A DNA stretch of 54,858 nt, filler included, from Dirinaria sp. TL-2023a (Eukaryota), in the NCBI GenBank assembly GCA_051941275.1. It is 4 parts of 4 records of this genome, joined end to end, with 100 filler letters (N's around TTAATTAATTAA, not from the genome) between each part and the next. Parts side by side here need not be neighbours in the genome. Positions count along the whole stretch, not along the records: positions 1 to 13,663 come from JAVEBF010000666.1; positions 13,764 to 27,405 come from JAVEBF010000667.1; 2 more parts are not named here. One strand, given 5' to 3'. This document shows positions 12,295 to 25,024 of the stretch, piece by piece. Made by a program: the position numbers and the translations under genes. The stretch's first letter is position 1. Each line of letters starts with the position of its first letter. The notes under the pieces are model-generated. The model searched no databases, was not told the DNA's origin, and worked only from the letters and a program-made list of their open reading frames with translations.

Positions 12295-13239
12295 TGTGCT
12301 GAAGATTGAGACAATGCTACAGCAGGTTCTGGTTCTTGTTGTACTAAGGCACCTCTCTCGTCTTACCGCGAAGCTGCTCCGATGGCTTCGGTCACCTACT
12401 CGCTTAAGCCAATTGGATGGTGTGACAGTTGCAAAATGATAGCAAGGAAAGTTCTAGGAGTTGATAATGATGATGGGCAATAGCTCAATGTGTGTTGTGT
12501 GCGCTGAGCAAGCAATTGCAGGTGAGTACAATTGAATTGTCCGTGTGGGAATGTTTTGCAGAAAGGAGAGAGAGTCAATGCTCATGTGTTGGAGAACTAC
12601 AGGAGGCTGGAAATATGTCACTCGCTACCTTACTATGGGGTGTGGGACACAAGGCTAGCGTTAGGGGCCACGCTAGTTCAGGATTTTCTACATTCACAAG
12701 CCCGCAAAGAGGAGAGCGTGACCCACGAGATATCCACATCTACAGAGCCATTCTACAACTGCAAAGGGTAACCATCTACGCAGAACCCGATGCTCTACTA
12801 TGCAGAAGTTCTAAAGAGCTGGCAGCGTCCTTCCGAAGCTTTTGGAGCTGCAGCGGAAGTATCTTGAACGCTGTATAGCTCTGATGTTGGCATCTCACAT
12901 CTTCTAGGCTAAAAATTAAGCGAGCGCACTGCCACTGCTTGTGAATCGCTGTAGCCGCCCAGGTTTGGGCCCCCTTTTCTCTCAAGCACGTGAAAATTTG
13001 CCCTAAGCGAGGGCTCAGCCACCTTACTTCGCTTAGCAGCAGGCGCTTGGAATGTCATGTGCATTGGTCGACCAGCCGAGGGAGCCGAGTTCGGGGTTTG
13101 CGGTGGCAGCAAGGAAGATATACATGTAGGCAATTGGGCAGAGTTTTGCCTTTGTCCTGTCGAATAGTTCTACCGTACCGGTTACCGCTAGAAGATTTTC
13201 TTTTTCTTGGTATCAGTCTTACATGTACACGTACAGCTC

Positions 13240-13240
<1 letters not shown>

Positions 13241-13271
<31 letters not shown>
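13241..13271. repeat. (AG)15 microsatellite
   Basis: Uninterrupted AG dinucleotide run. Confidence 0.95.
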
Positions 13272-13276
<5 letters not shown>

Positions 13277-13663
13277 CTGTGCAGACTGTAGGAGGATGGC
13301 TAGGGCAAGTACTCGCGCTTAGTTCGAACTTCTTTCTACACTTCAGCGTTCATGTATATACCTCGCTTAACATCCCTATTTTATATCTTGGCACACGATC
13401 CATAATTCAGACGCATACATTGTAGAAGCTATTAATTCAGTTCGTCATTAAGCCTACATACATTAAATATGCTTGTAGCCAAAATTTCATTTGCTATGTC
13501 ACTAGAGATCCTGATTTCCATCATACACGGACTCGGCGCCCAACTTCTATTGCCAGGATATTGAAATCGATATTATTAGCATGTTCTCTTAATCTGTTAT
13601 TGAACACAAATAAAGTATGTTTTATCTAGGTTCCTATGAAAGAAACAATTGACAGCCCGCAGT

Positions 13664-13763
13664 NNNNNNNNNNNNNNNNNNNNNNNNNNNNNNNNNNNNN
13701 NNNNNNNTTAATTAATTAANNNNNNNNNNNNNNNNNNNNNNNNNNNNNNNNNNNNNNNNNNNN
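13664..13763. other. Artificial contig linker N44-TTAATTAATTAA-N44
   Basis: 100-nt spacer with a 12-mer giving stop codons in all six frames. Confidence 0.98.
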
Positions 13764-14160
13764 GCGGTTTGAGAATTCATATTTTTCTTTTCGAGGGCGA
13801 GGAGACGAGACACCTACCCTAACTGTAGTACCTTAAGGTTCTAAACCTCGAATGTATAGGAGATAAGGAAATGGATGAGATGGAAAAAGATGGGGATGAG
13901 ATAGCTGGAGCATTGGATTGAAAGCTAGTAAAGGAGATATTGTGGCTTCGCGTGTATTTGGAGTGCGCGTCAAACAAAGCATTTGGGGGGATTATAACAT
14001 CCGGTGGTAAGGGGTCAAATTGGTTTTATCCTTACTGGCTTGCACTGCATTGCTCGATCAACATAAGACATAAACAGGAACGGTTCTTCTTGCGCATTAA
14101 TATTGAGGGTATCAAGCTGACGATTAAATAAAATGGGGGGGGCCCAATCTTTGCTTCTAT

Positions 14161-16072
14161 TTAATTGTTTCTCTCTCCACGAGGGCTGCCCGTCCTTTCC
14201 TTTTTCATCAGCCCGGCAAAGAAATTAGCCAGGGCTTCATTCTGCGCCTTTGCATCTTGTTGCTTCTGTGGGGTCGACGTCGACGTCGTCGGCGTGTGCG
14301 ATTCTTTGGGGGAACCCTTCTCTCCTCCGGCCGTTCTCGCCGGGTTCCTTTCTCGGCTCTTGATCCTCTGCACCATATCCTCGGCATCCACCTGGATGCC
14401 ACCCACGTTGAATTGGACGGGCCCGATGTGCTCGTGTACGCGGCTATCTTCGGATAAGATTTGACGGCTGGGATCGTTGGATGAGGTGTAAGTATCGCCG
14501 GTCGTTGCGGGCCGCTTGTTGGACTTGTCTCTATGTCTAGCTGCAGCTTCCTCTTCGTCCCTTTTGATATCTTCGATCCTCTCTTGCTGTGATGCCAAGA
14601 ATGCCTGGGTGCTTTCGCATTCTACTTCGAGGCCGTCATTCGCCGAAGGAGAACCTTGTGGCATCCGATCCTTTTGCGGATCTCTAATCGTTTCTTCGTA
14701 TATGGGAAGAATGCTGCCTTCTGCGATTCGCGACTTTACCTTGGGCTCTTGATTATTCGATTCGCCGTTGGTGGTTCCATCAGACGCTTTCGAATTCTCC
14801 GCCGTAGCCACTGGTAAAGGCGTCTCAATGTCGACACCCCAGCCTTTACTAATTCCCTCTACATCGAATCCATCTCGAAGGACACGAATCTTAGCCCAAG
14901 AGTCCCAGCTTGGTGGAATAAGGATCTTATCTCTGTCAATTACATTGTGCTTCAAATTTGTTTTTTTCAGGAGCGAGTGGATGCCGAGACTTGAATGGAT
15001 GAGTATTGGAAGGGAATTTGGAACAGAGATGGATGTGTAAATAAGGGAGGCGCCGTCTGATATTATTAGCGACCAAATTCGGGCTCTTTTGTCGGCGAAC
15101 ATACGTTTCATTAGAATTGTCCGAAGGTACTGTAGAACAAAGTCGAAGTCCTCTTCGTGCCAACCTCTGTTCTTTTCGAGAACGTCTATCTTGTCAGCCT
15201 AGAAGTTTGGATTAGCCATGCCAACCATGAAGCTCCTCTCGAGGATCAGCATCCTATGGCTCGATAACGTACACCATGACACACTACGCAGAGTGGAAGA
15301 CCCAACGAGTCATCCCATTCTCCTGGGTCCAAAGGTAGATTAACATTGCTGTCGCCCGCCACGTTGGTACCGCTGGTATCGTAAGCCGCCCTGCCTCTCT
15401 TGCCCTGCTGCCATTCTCTCATAGTCGTTTCCATGCAGTCTTGCGCTTCATTGTCAAGATCAGACGTCACCCCTTTCATGAATCGTATCCAGTTGCGTAG
15501 TTGGCGCACCCAGTGCCATGGTTCTGACCAATCTAACAGAACCACTAGAAGTGATTCCGGGATCGACCGCGCCGTAAGCAATGGCTTAACCAAGGGGGCA
15601 AAAGCGGCTGACGGCTCGGAGAGGAGGTATATCGAAAGTCGTGCGAGGAGATCTGCTCATAATTAGCTCAAGGCTGGGACTCGGAAGGATCATGGACCTG
15701 GGTACCTTCATGGTCGGCGTCAAGGACGTCTTGATATGTGTAGCCCAAAGCAAACGCATTCGCAGTAGGCGGTTTCTTCTTGTACCTATCACTCGGTCGT
15801 TTCGTGGTATTTTCAGGAGCAAGAGTGTCAAGAAACTCCTTTTGAGTCTCCGGTGAGCCACCTATCAATGTATGAGTCTAACTGCAGCACCGGATCAATG
15901 TCTGCAGACCTAAGACGATTAAATTCTTCTCTGGAAGTTTCCTGCCAGATGCAACGCTATCCAGCATTGACGACCACATATTCTCTTCAGAATCTCCATT
16001 GTTTTGCGACTGGCCATTACTGATCGCTTGAGAGACACGGCGGCCTGATCTGAAATCAATCTTTCGACTCAT
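14161..16072 (-). CDS. dli1: Cytoplasmic dynein light intermediate chain (5 exons; introns 15862-15909, 15653-15705, 15199-15272, 15057-15104)
   Basis: Motifs 'WSSMLDSVASGRKLPEKN', 'FALGYTYQDV', 'LDWSEPWHWVRQL', 'DRDKILIPPSWDSWAKIRVLRDGFD' and C-terminal 'NEALANFFAGLM'. Splice phases are consistent. Confidence 0.92.
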
Positions 16073-16224
16073 TCTCTTGGATTTCTCAACAAGTTGGAAT
16101 TGATCATTTTCAACGCGTTATGCGCGTTCCGGATTTAACGCCTTTTAAATCCGTGTTCTTGTATCTAGCATTCTTAAACTTTGAGTCGGCTCTCTGAAAG
16201 GCTTTTGTAACCAATGATCATACC

Positions 16225-16932
16225 ATGAACACCATACGAGAGATCCAAACTCTGAACAAGCGCGAGCTAGAGCAAGGAGTATCAACAGAAGCATCTTGGC
16301 ACACTGACTACCGTGACACTGCCTACGTCTATATCGGTGGACTTCCCTTCGACCTTTCTGAAGGCGACATCATTACCATTTTCTCCCAATACGGCGAGCC
16401 CGTCTACATCAACCTCATCCGGGACAAGGAAACAGGAAAATCGAAGGGCTTCGCTTTTCTCAAATATGAAGACCAGCGCAGCACGGATCTCGCGGTTGAT
16501 AATCTTGGCGGAGCTACGATCATGGGCAGAATACTGAAGGTGGATCATACACGATACAAAAAGAAAGATGAGGACGAGGGTATTGATCTAGATCTAGGCG
16601 CCGGAATGGAAAATGGAGAGGCGAAAGAGTCGGAGAGTGAAGAAGAGCGTAGACCACTGTTGAAGGAGGAGAAGGAGCTGGCAGCATTGATCAGAGATCA
16701 TGACGAAGACGACCCTATGAAAGAGTACTTAGTCAAAGAGAAGAAAGAGGAGGTTGCTCAAGCTTTATCCAAATTAAGGAAAGGGCACAAGTCGAAAGAC
16801 CGAAAGGAGCACAAGCATCATCACCGTCATCATCACAGGCATCGTTCTCGGAGGCGCAGCAGTGGGCCTGACACTGATGATGAGCGAAAGAAGCGTCGGA
16901 GGCATGAGAGAAAGAGATCGCGGAGCCCTTGA
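16225..16932 (+). CDS. IST3: U2 snRNP/RES complex RRM protein Ist3/Snu17 (RBMX2)
   Basis: 'SWHTDYRDTAYVYIGGLPFDLSEGD', RNP1 'KGFAFLKY', 'STDLAVDNL' and a His/Arg-rich tail. Confidence 0.94.
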   Translation: MNTIREIQTLNKRELEQGVSTEASWHTDYRDTAYVYIGGLPFDLSEGDIITIFSQYGEPVYINLIRDKETGKSKGFAFLKYEDQRSTDLAVDNLGGATIMGRILKVDHTRYKKKDEDEGIDLDLGAGMENGEAKESESEEERRPLLKEEKELAALIRDHDEDDPMKEYLVKEKKEEVAQALSKLRKGHKSKDRKEHKHHHRHHHRHRSRRRSSGPDTDDERKKRRRHERKRSRSP

Positions 16933-17502
16933 GCGCCGTCGCAAAACAAGCACGACAATGACCGCTCGTTCGTGCATGAGGGAACATTACCGCAAAAACG
17001 ACGACCGCATCCCAGACGAGATTCTGAAAAGTCATCTGATCTTATCATGCTGGCCCCTGCCCTCAGCGCACACAATTCGCCCAGCAAAGTTTTGCCTGCA
17101 TTGAAAGTAGGTCAAGAGGTCAAGCTAGCGTTGTCTGAGGAGAGGATGAAAGTACCGATCTTTTTGGCAGAAGAGCAATAAAGAAGCCAAAGGAGGATCC
17201 TATACAGGAACCGTACTTTTTTACTTCAATCTGAGGTCCGCTCCAGCCTTTCTCGAATGGTATGTCGAGCTTCTGGAATGGCTAGACCACGAACCTCGAA
17301 ATCGCTTCGAAGGTAAAGCCGTGATTAAAAAAGTACAGAGAAAAAAGAGTCTGCCTCTAATGCTAAATCAACCAGCATATTACTTGTACAGAAAGAAATA
17401 CTGGCATTCTCGCCATAGCGAAGCACTTTTAATCCGCCCCTTAAACTACTCATTATACATTGATTACATCTCTCGTAGCTCGTAGTCTGGCAGCATAAGT
17501 CA

Positions 17503-18862
17503 TCAACTACCCAGATACCGTTTCCAACCTTGCCGTATGCACCTTCTTCTCCCATCATCACCCTCGCCAAGAATGAACTTCTCCCATCTCCCGTCTCTTC
17601 CTGCACCAATCACCAAGATGGTATGATCATCGGCCCACCCAATAACGCCCTTTTTCGGCTTGCCGCCCGGTATTCCTGGGATCGGTACGTTCTCGGCAGG
17701 TCCTTCCAGCCCGCTCTTCGGGTCATCGTCAGTTTCGAAGTGGGCGGACGCAAACGAATAGATATCTGAAAATACTCGGGGCATGAGCGGAATTTTCCCC
17801 AACAAGCCCCATTTCTTGTTATTGCCCTCTTCACCACCATCTGCACCTATTGAGCCGTTTAAGGAGCGAAGCGACCGACCGGCTGGAGAGTCGCTGCGTG
17901 TTCCATGCATAAGATGTGGGAGGTCGAAGATGTGGAGCGTAGACTTGTCAGATGTGAGAGCTAGTAAACGGCTTGACGGGCTTATGGCAATAGAGAAGAC
18001 GACGGCGTGGTCGACGCCTCGGCGAAGCTCGCCGGTGCGGGCGCAGTTGGATGTTGAGAATGTCCGGACGAGTGTACCTGTCTCGCTTGCTGTGGCCAGG
18101 ACCTCGCCATCAGGACTTATTTCCATCGCCCGCAACGAAGAGCTGTGTGCGGGTATGATGCTGATATTCCCGGTCGCAATTTCAACTAGCTGGACTTGCC
18201 CGGGGGTGCGTCCTGGGAACGCCACGATCTTGGAGCCGAGACAGCATAACCCCAGTGGATTATTTGCTGTCTCATATATTGAGAGTTTCTCTGGCGGAAC
18301 GGAGAAAGCGTATACATGCACGCTGTTATGCAGGGCTATGACGATCCTTGAACGGGAAAGGCAGACACGGTTGACGGGCGACCGAAATTCCAGGGTGATC
18401 ACAGCTTTCTGCTTCGCATCATCCCATATTATGACCTGTCCGAGTATCGTGAGCCGGCTACCATTTCCAAGAAGTATCGAAGCAAGCGCCTTACCGACCT
18501 TGTTTTGAGGAAATTTGGGCTGCTTTCCTCCACCTACAAGGGCGATGTAGTTGGCCCGACCGAGCATTTGTGCGGCGCCGATGCCGGCATTGAAGTCTAT
18601 GGCCCCGAGTCGTTAGCAAAATCCGAGTTCAGTCAGAAAGATCGATGAAGGTGGAGCACAGTACCTCGAGAGACTTTGAGTTCGCATGGCTCGGAATTAA
18701 AGACTTCAGATATGTTAGAGGCCTTTCCCTATGTATGAGGTTGCAGCGCATACCACAGAAGCCGGTGTCCAATCCAACAGAAAAGCAGCTACTGTCCTGG
18801 TTGAACGCTACAGACAATGATATAGGGCCCGCCGACTCATCAATAGCTCGTCTTGTATTCAT
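17503..18862 (-). CDS. HSV2: PROPPIN WD40 phosphoinositide-binding protein Hsv2 (4 exons; introns 18704-18753, 18597-18664, 18436-18498)
   Basis: 'FNQDSSCFSVG', 'ALVGGGKQPKFPQNK', 'LATASETGTLVR', the LRRG lipid-binding motif and 'SDKSTLHIF'. Confidence 0.92.
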
Positions 18863-19275
18863 GGTTGCTGGCGCGGGGCGCTCAGCGGGAAATGGCCGCA
18901 GTGACTGCTTGCAGTCAAGGATGCTGTTGATGTATTTCTCATTGGTGTGAATGAGAGCAAGAAATTCTAGCGCATCACTGCGGATTAAGGGCAATATTAA
19001 TCAAGTGTAGTGCGGAGAAAAGTAGCAAGAGCAACATTCATAATAGTGTGGTAAACACTACCTAAGCCTAAGGTACTGACGTTCCAGTGGCTCCTCTGAG
19101 CGCTATGACCGCGGCGACCCAGCGCTAGTGGCTTGGCACAGTTGCCAGCTTGCTTCCCCTTTATGATTTTCCGTCCTCGAAGGTAGCTCCCAGTACTTCC
19201 CTTCCCACCTGTCAAACGCAAGATTAAGAGCCACTTCTCATTGTGATATACAGTAGCCTTCAATTGCCCTGAAAG

Positions 19276-20705
19276 ATGTCTAACCCACACAGTGCTGTAC
19301 GTAAAGCAGAGTCTCATGTTACACCGACTTGAAGCTCCTCGAAGGGCGTTATTTGCTAACTGGATGCCTCCCAACAGATGAAGATGCGTCGCAAGAAGAA
19401 CGTTAAGAAAGGCATTCAATTTTGCATGATGGTCTGCGGAGCCTCAGGTACAGGTCGCACAACTTTCGTCAACACGCTGTGCGGCAAGAAGGTTCTACAA
19501 GGCCGAGACGATGACGATCCGGTAAACGCTCATTTGGAGGAAGGGGTAAGGATCAAGCCAATTACAGTCGGTACGTAATATGCAAATACCATGTAGCGGG
19601 CGTGCGATCATTGACACGATTCTAGAACTGGAATTGGATGAAGAAGGCACACGCATCTCCCTCACAATTGTCGATACGCCAGGCTTTGGCGACCAAATCG
19701 ACAATGAGGCTAGGTACGAAAGTTTCGTGCATTCGCCCTGCGCACTGTACTGATACGCTGCCATCAGTTTCTCCGAGATTGTCGGCCACCTTGAACATCA
19801 ATACGACGACATCTTAGCGGAGGAATCTCGCATCAAGCGTAATCCAAGATTTAGGGACAACCGTGTACACGCTTTGCTATACTTCATTACACCCACTGGA
19901 CATGGGTAAGCACGACGCGCTATGGAACTGCAGAAAATCGCTAACATCATGTGATAGCCTCCGCGAGCTGGACATTGAACTCATGAAGCGTCTTTCTCCT
20001 CGCGTCAACGTTATCCCAGTCATCGGTAAAGCAGACTCACTTACGCCACCCGAGCTAGCAGAGTCGAAGAAACTCGTCATGGAGGACATCGAACACTACC
20101 GCATACCTGTCTACAACTTCCCCTATGATGTAGAGGAAGATGACGAGGACACTATCGAAGAAAACCAAGAGCTTCGAGGGTTAATGCCATTCGCAATCGT
20201 CGGGTCGGACGAAGTGGTCGAGATCGGAGGGCGCCGAGTGAGAGCACGACAGTATCCATGGGGCGTAGTGGAAATCGACAACCCGCGTCATTCTGACTTT
20301 TTAGCCGTTCGCAGTGCTTTACTCCACAGCCATCTGGCGGACCTGAAGGAGATCACCCATGATTTCTTGTACGAGAACTACAGAACAGAAAAATTGAGCA
20401 AGAGCGTTGAGCCAGGGGCAGCCGCGTATGTTATCCTCTCATGATCCTCTGCCTGTTACTGACTGTTGCACAGCGACTCTTCGCTGAGCCCTGAGGATCT
20501 GGCATCCCAGTCCGTACGTGTGAAGGAAGAACAGCTGCGCCGCGAGGAGGAGAAGCTGCGTGATATCGAGTTGAAGGTGCAACGCGAAATCAACGAGAAA
20601 AGACAAGAGCTTTTGGCACGTGAAAGTCAGCTGAAGGAGATTGAGGCTCGTATGCAGAGGGAACAGAGCGTCTCAATGGATGACACGAACGGCGAGCTTC
20701 CGTAG
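19276..20705 (+). CDS. CDC11: Septin Cdc11/AspA (6 exons; introns 19297-19377, 19571-19625, 19714-19767, 19906-19957, 20426-20473)
   Basis: Polybasic RRKKNVKK, Cdc11-type P-loop GASGTGRT, DTPGFGD, GKAD, septin unique element RQYPWG and a C-terminal coiled coil. Confidence 0.95.
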
Positions 20706-21153
20706 TAGACCATGGCAGAACGTGCAGGCGGCGGCAGTGATGATGGTTCAATCTCGAGGCTCCACCGCCTTGGGTGGCGAGTTAATTTCTTTGCTAAGAG
20801 AGTAATGCTATTGAGCGACTGGTAAATATGCTACCCAACAAAAGTCCATTCGGTCTCATTGTTCCTACAACTCTCAGAACGCAAATTGAAAGCACTTTCC
20901 TTGGGTGCAATATTCATGCTCGTTGAATATCAGGTCACTCGGATATCGAGGAAAGCGCTTTATCACATGGTTTGGCCGAACATAGCTAGCGCGCCAAGAA
21001 CTCTTACATGACTGAGGGAGGCGGGACTGTCGTACAGTAGTAGTACTGCACTTCTACCCTACGTTACAACTTCGCCTCAATCCTTTCTGATCACCTTCTC
21101 TCCTTTACCTTACCTACCTCTACATCCGCCACACTTGAAAACGGGACAGCATC

Positions 21154-22081
21154 ATGGCAGCCAATACCAAATACCAGGCAGCGCCTCAGCGCGACTCTTT
21201 CGAAGAAGCAAACTACACCCAGGCTCCTCCGTCATACCAGGCTGAGGCTAGCAACAATCCATTTGCCGCACCACGAGGCGAAGATGATAATGTGCCAGAC
21301 GACTTCAAGGTATGGCGCTGAGCCTTAGAGCAGCATTCCCTCTCAAATCCGCTGACCCTTCGACAGTTTGGTGGTTCGGTGGCGGAAGCCACTTTGCCCG
21401 TCAGAATGCAGTTCGTGCGCAAGGTGTACTCGATCCTGTATGTGAGCCCATACATTCGAACAAGAAGAAGTTGCTGACTTTAGCAGTACTGTTCAGATCT
21501 TGTCCACCATCGCCCTTAGCTCTATTTCCTACGCTAGCACATCGTACAAAAATTGGATACAAACGAATCAGTGGATGATGTGGGTATCGCTTTTTGGGGC
21601 TATCGGCTTTATGCTTCTAACCTTCTGGAAACGTAAATCGTACCCGACCAATCTGCTGTTCCTCGGAGGCTTCACAGCGCTCGAGGCGTACTCGATATCC
21701 GTGATTGTGTCCTTTTACGAAACAAAGATCGTCCTCGAAGCACTGATACTTACGGCGGGCATATTCGTCGCCTTGACACTCTTCGCTTGCCAGACCAAAT
21801 ACGACTTCACGTCATGGATGCCGTACCTATTCGGTGCTCTCTGGTTCTTGATATTGTTCGGATTCGTGTCTATCTTCTTTAAGAGCAATAGCACGATGGA
21901 ACTCATCTACGGAGCTGTGGCTGCGCTCATCTTCAGCGGCTATATCTTGGTGGATACGCAACTTGTCATGCGTCACTACCATGTAGAAGAGGAGATCGCG
22001 GCCGCCATATCCCTCTACTTGGATATCATCAACCTCTTCCTAGCTATCCTCAGGATCCTGAACAGCCAGCAAAACAACTAG
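21154..22081 (+). CDS. BXI1: Bax inhibitor-1/TMBIM family membrane protein (3 exons; introns 21310-21366, 21438-21486)
   Basis: 'DNVPDDFKFGGSVAEATLPVRMQFVRKVYSIL', multiple TM helices and 'DTQ...AAISLYLDIINLFLAILRIL'. Confidence 0.93.
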
Positions 22082-22941
22082 GTGCGCACCATGCAAAGCT
22101 TAGGGTAGTCGAAGGATGGGTGGCACCAGTATTGAAAGCCGGACAAAGAGGCGTGAAATTACTTTGTGGTAAACGATTCGAGCGGGACGGGACACATCGA
22201 GGTTTTATGGATATCTGCTGGAAGCGACTGGCGTGCACGGATTTTCTTCCAAATTGTAGCAAGGCTGATCAGGCCACAAGTTGAGAATGAAGAAGGCTGC
22301 TACGCCTTGCTACTATTTTTTCAGTGATTGTAGCAATGATACAAAATATGTCAAGTCCAGGCAGATTGATCAATTTGATAATTTTGCTTGCATATTATTA
22401 TTGCACAAGGCTTTACCCGTAAATTTGATTGGTACATAGACGGCACATCAATATCAGGTATCTGCTAGTACTGCCCGAGCTGCTGCACTTGCTACCCTGG
22501 CTCGCTAAATTTCCCCTGCAGGAAAATGGCTTGGGACTCGACGCACCTAAAAGGCAACCCAAGATTCCCACAATCTACCTACGCCCAGTAGTAAGGTACA
22601 TAACTACCACACTCGTTCTTGACGATCTGGCAATCGTCGCCCGCTCGTTTCGCATCTCTCTTCCTCTGCATGCATGTGTCCCCCTATTACCAAGAACGCG
22701 ACCAATTGATACCCTGCCTCTTCGTTTCCCCCCTTCAATATTCATATTCCTACTTACCTTGAAGCCCTGATCGATATCCATCGTACTACTCCAATTGAAC
22801 ACTATCCTTACGCACGACAAGCACCTACAGGTCGCTTTGTCGCGCTTCTCCGTCCTGCCATTAATGCCTACCTGAATATTGTGGAAAAGACCCAAGAAAT
22901 ACAGTCTCTGAATAGACACAAGCCTTGGATCATCCCTAGCC

Positions 22942-24612
22942 ATGGGCTCGACAGATGCTCAACGACTGGAAACACCACCGGACCACGACCAGCTCGACTC
23001 TCCCAAAGCGCACATCTCTTCCGATGTAGGCAATCAGTACGGCAGTAGCAGCCTGACCGAGGGCAAGCTCCATAGTTTGAACAACGAACAAGCCAGTGCC
23101 TGGCACAAGCAGTCGCAACCTTACAAGATACCCAAGTCCAAGCACAGGGGTAAGCGGAAAGCTGAAAGTTTGCCAGCCGCGCTTAGTCAATGGATTGTGG
23201 ACCATCAAATTGGTAAGAGCATATCTATGAGTGTGCTTATGAACATGAGCTTACCCTGAGGATCAGGTTTTGCAGTCAATCTGCTCGTTTTGCTCGCTCT
23301 GACACATCTTTGTTTTCCCAGGGCCCGACGGCATACTCGCAAATTCTTTCAGCTCTCATACTACAACCCTGGCTCTGGCAAGTATACTCTCGGCTGGGAT
23401 GACCTACCCTTGGTTTTCTATTGGATCGTTGTCTTCACCGGTCTTCGAGCCGCCGTAATGGACTATATCCTGGAGCCATTGGCCTTTATGGCGGGCATAG
23501 AGAAGAAGAAAGAAAAGGTCAGGTTTGCAGAGCAAGCTTGGATCTTTCTCTACTCTAGCTCGTTCTGGTCGCTCGGCATGGTAAGCAATAGGCTGCGGAA
23601 GTGACATACTGGTGGCTGATTGACGGTTAACTAGTATCTCATGTACAACTCGAAATACTGGCTCAACCTGCGCCATCTGTGGACCGATTGGCCAACGCGT
23701 GAATTGGATGGGCTGTTCAAGTGGTACTATTTGGTTCAGTTCGCATTCTGGCTACAGCAGATGGTCGTGGTCAATATTGAGGAAAGAAGATCGGACTACG
23801 CGCAGATGTTCGCCCATCATGTGGTTACCTCTGCGCTCATATTCACGAGTTATGGTTATCACCACGGTAGGGTTGGCAATATGATCATGTGTTTGATGGA
23901 CATCGTGGACATCCTACTTCCGGTAAGAATTGGTATACTGCTTTCAAGACCTGGGCGCTGACGAATCCAGCTTGCGAAGATGATGAAGTATATGCAATTC
24001 CAGCTGATCTGTGACATCACTTTCGGTTTGTTCATCGTCGTATGGTTCGTAACTCGCCATGTCTTCTACCTCTTCGTTCTGTGGTCTCTGCACGCCGACG
24101 CTCCTCAGATCATCAAGTACGGCTGTTATTGGGGTCCTACTCAAAATCTCGGTGGCCCTATTGAACCTCCAGACAGGTTTGGTCACCTATTGCAACCATT
24201 TCTTAACCCCGTAGGTCTGGTTTGTTGGAACGGGAAAATAGCGGATTCATTCATGGTTACACTATTAGCGCTGCAAGTGATCCTTCTACTGTGGTTCGTC
24301 ATGATCATTCAGGTTGCGATCAAGGTCATTAGAGGCGGCGAAGCTGAAGATTCTCGAAGCGATGATGAAGAATCCAGCGAGGAAGAGGCAGATCCTTATC
24401 AATCAGCGAAATCCCACACCAACGGCTCTGTTGAGTCGCTACCGTACGAGAAAGAAGTCGGTGTAGAAGGACTCGATTTGTGCATTTCTTATCGAAGAAC
24501 AAGCCCTCAGAGGAAGTTTAGGAGGGGCGGTGGTGCTGCAAGTGGAGTCACCATACCAAGTGACCGCAAGGAGCTACTAGGAAGGATAGGTTGTGACAAG
24601 AAGGGGTCGTGA
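22942..24612 (+). CDS. LAG1: Ceramide synthase, TLC/Lag1 domain, probably BarA-like clade (4 exons; introns 23213-23266, 23581-23634, 23923-23970)
   Basis: Lag1 motif 'EERRSDYAQMFAHHVVT...MDIVDILL', 'RFAEQAW', acidic DSRSDDEE and C-terminal DRKELLGRIGCDK. The clade call is from memory. Confidence 0.92.
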
Positions 24613-25024
24613 GGAAATATTTGGGGTTTCCGGGATTGGTTTTCCTGCGCTATACCACCTATGAGCACACTAGAAGCTTGAGATAGAGGGAATGGAATTA
24701 AAAGTTGTGGCATCCAAGCATCTTTCAAAATAGTAGACAAACTACATGTAACTAGCTGGTCAGTGGGGGGGCAACCAGTCCATTGAAGGGTGTAGGCCCG
24801 GCGCTTGGCCCTTGATTTTGGGGGGTAGATATCAGAACCTCAATCGATATTCGAACAGTTAATAACCTGCCGTCAATCAATAATTCCCTGACCAAACTCC
24901 TCGCTGTCCCAACTACATTCGAAATCGCATTTACCGCGTGCTTCCTACTTACTTGAACATGCGATCAATTACATATTGCTAGCCAGAAAGCACAGTTACG
25001 AGCTTCGCACCACCAACAACTACA

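Noticed and set aside
13330..13663. AT-rich contig end as a RIP-mutated transposon
   Set aside because: No transposase or RT remnants, and no terminal repeats recognisable.
13708..13719. TTAATTAATTAA as a biological repeat or transposon target site
   Set aside because: It is always centred in N44 runs and is a synthetic six-frame stop linker.
17783..18508. 241-aa + strand ORF
   Set aside because: Antisense to HSV2.
19276..24612. Septin, Bax inhibitor and ceramide synthase as a functional cluster
   Set aside because: All are housekeeping genes, and adjacency alone is not evidence of a cluster.
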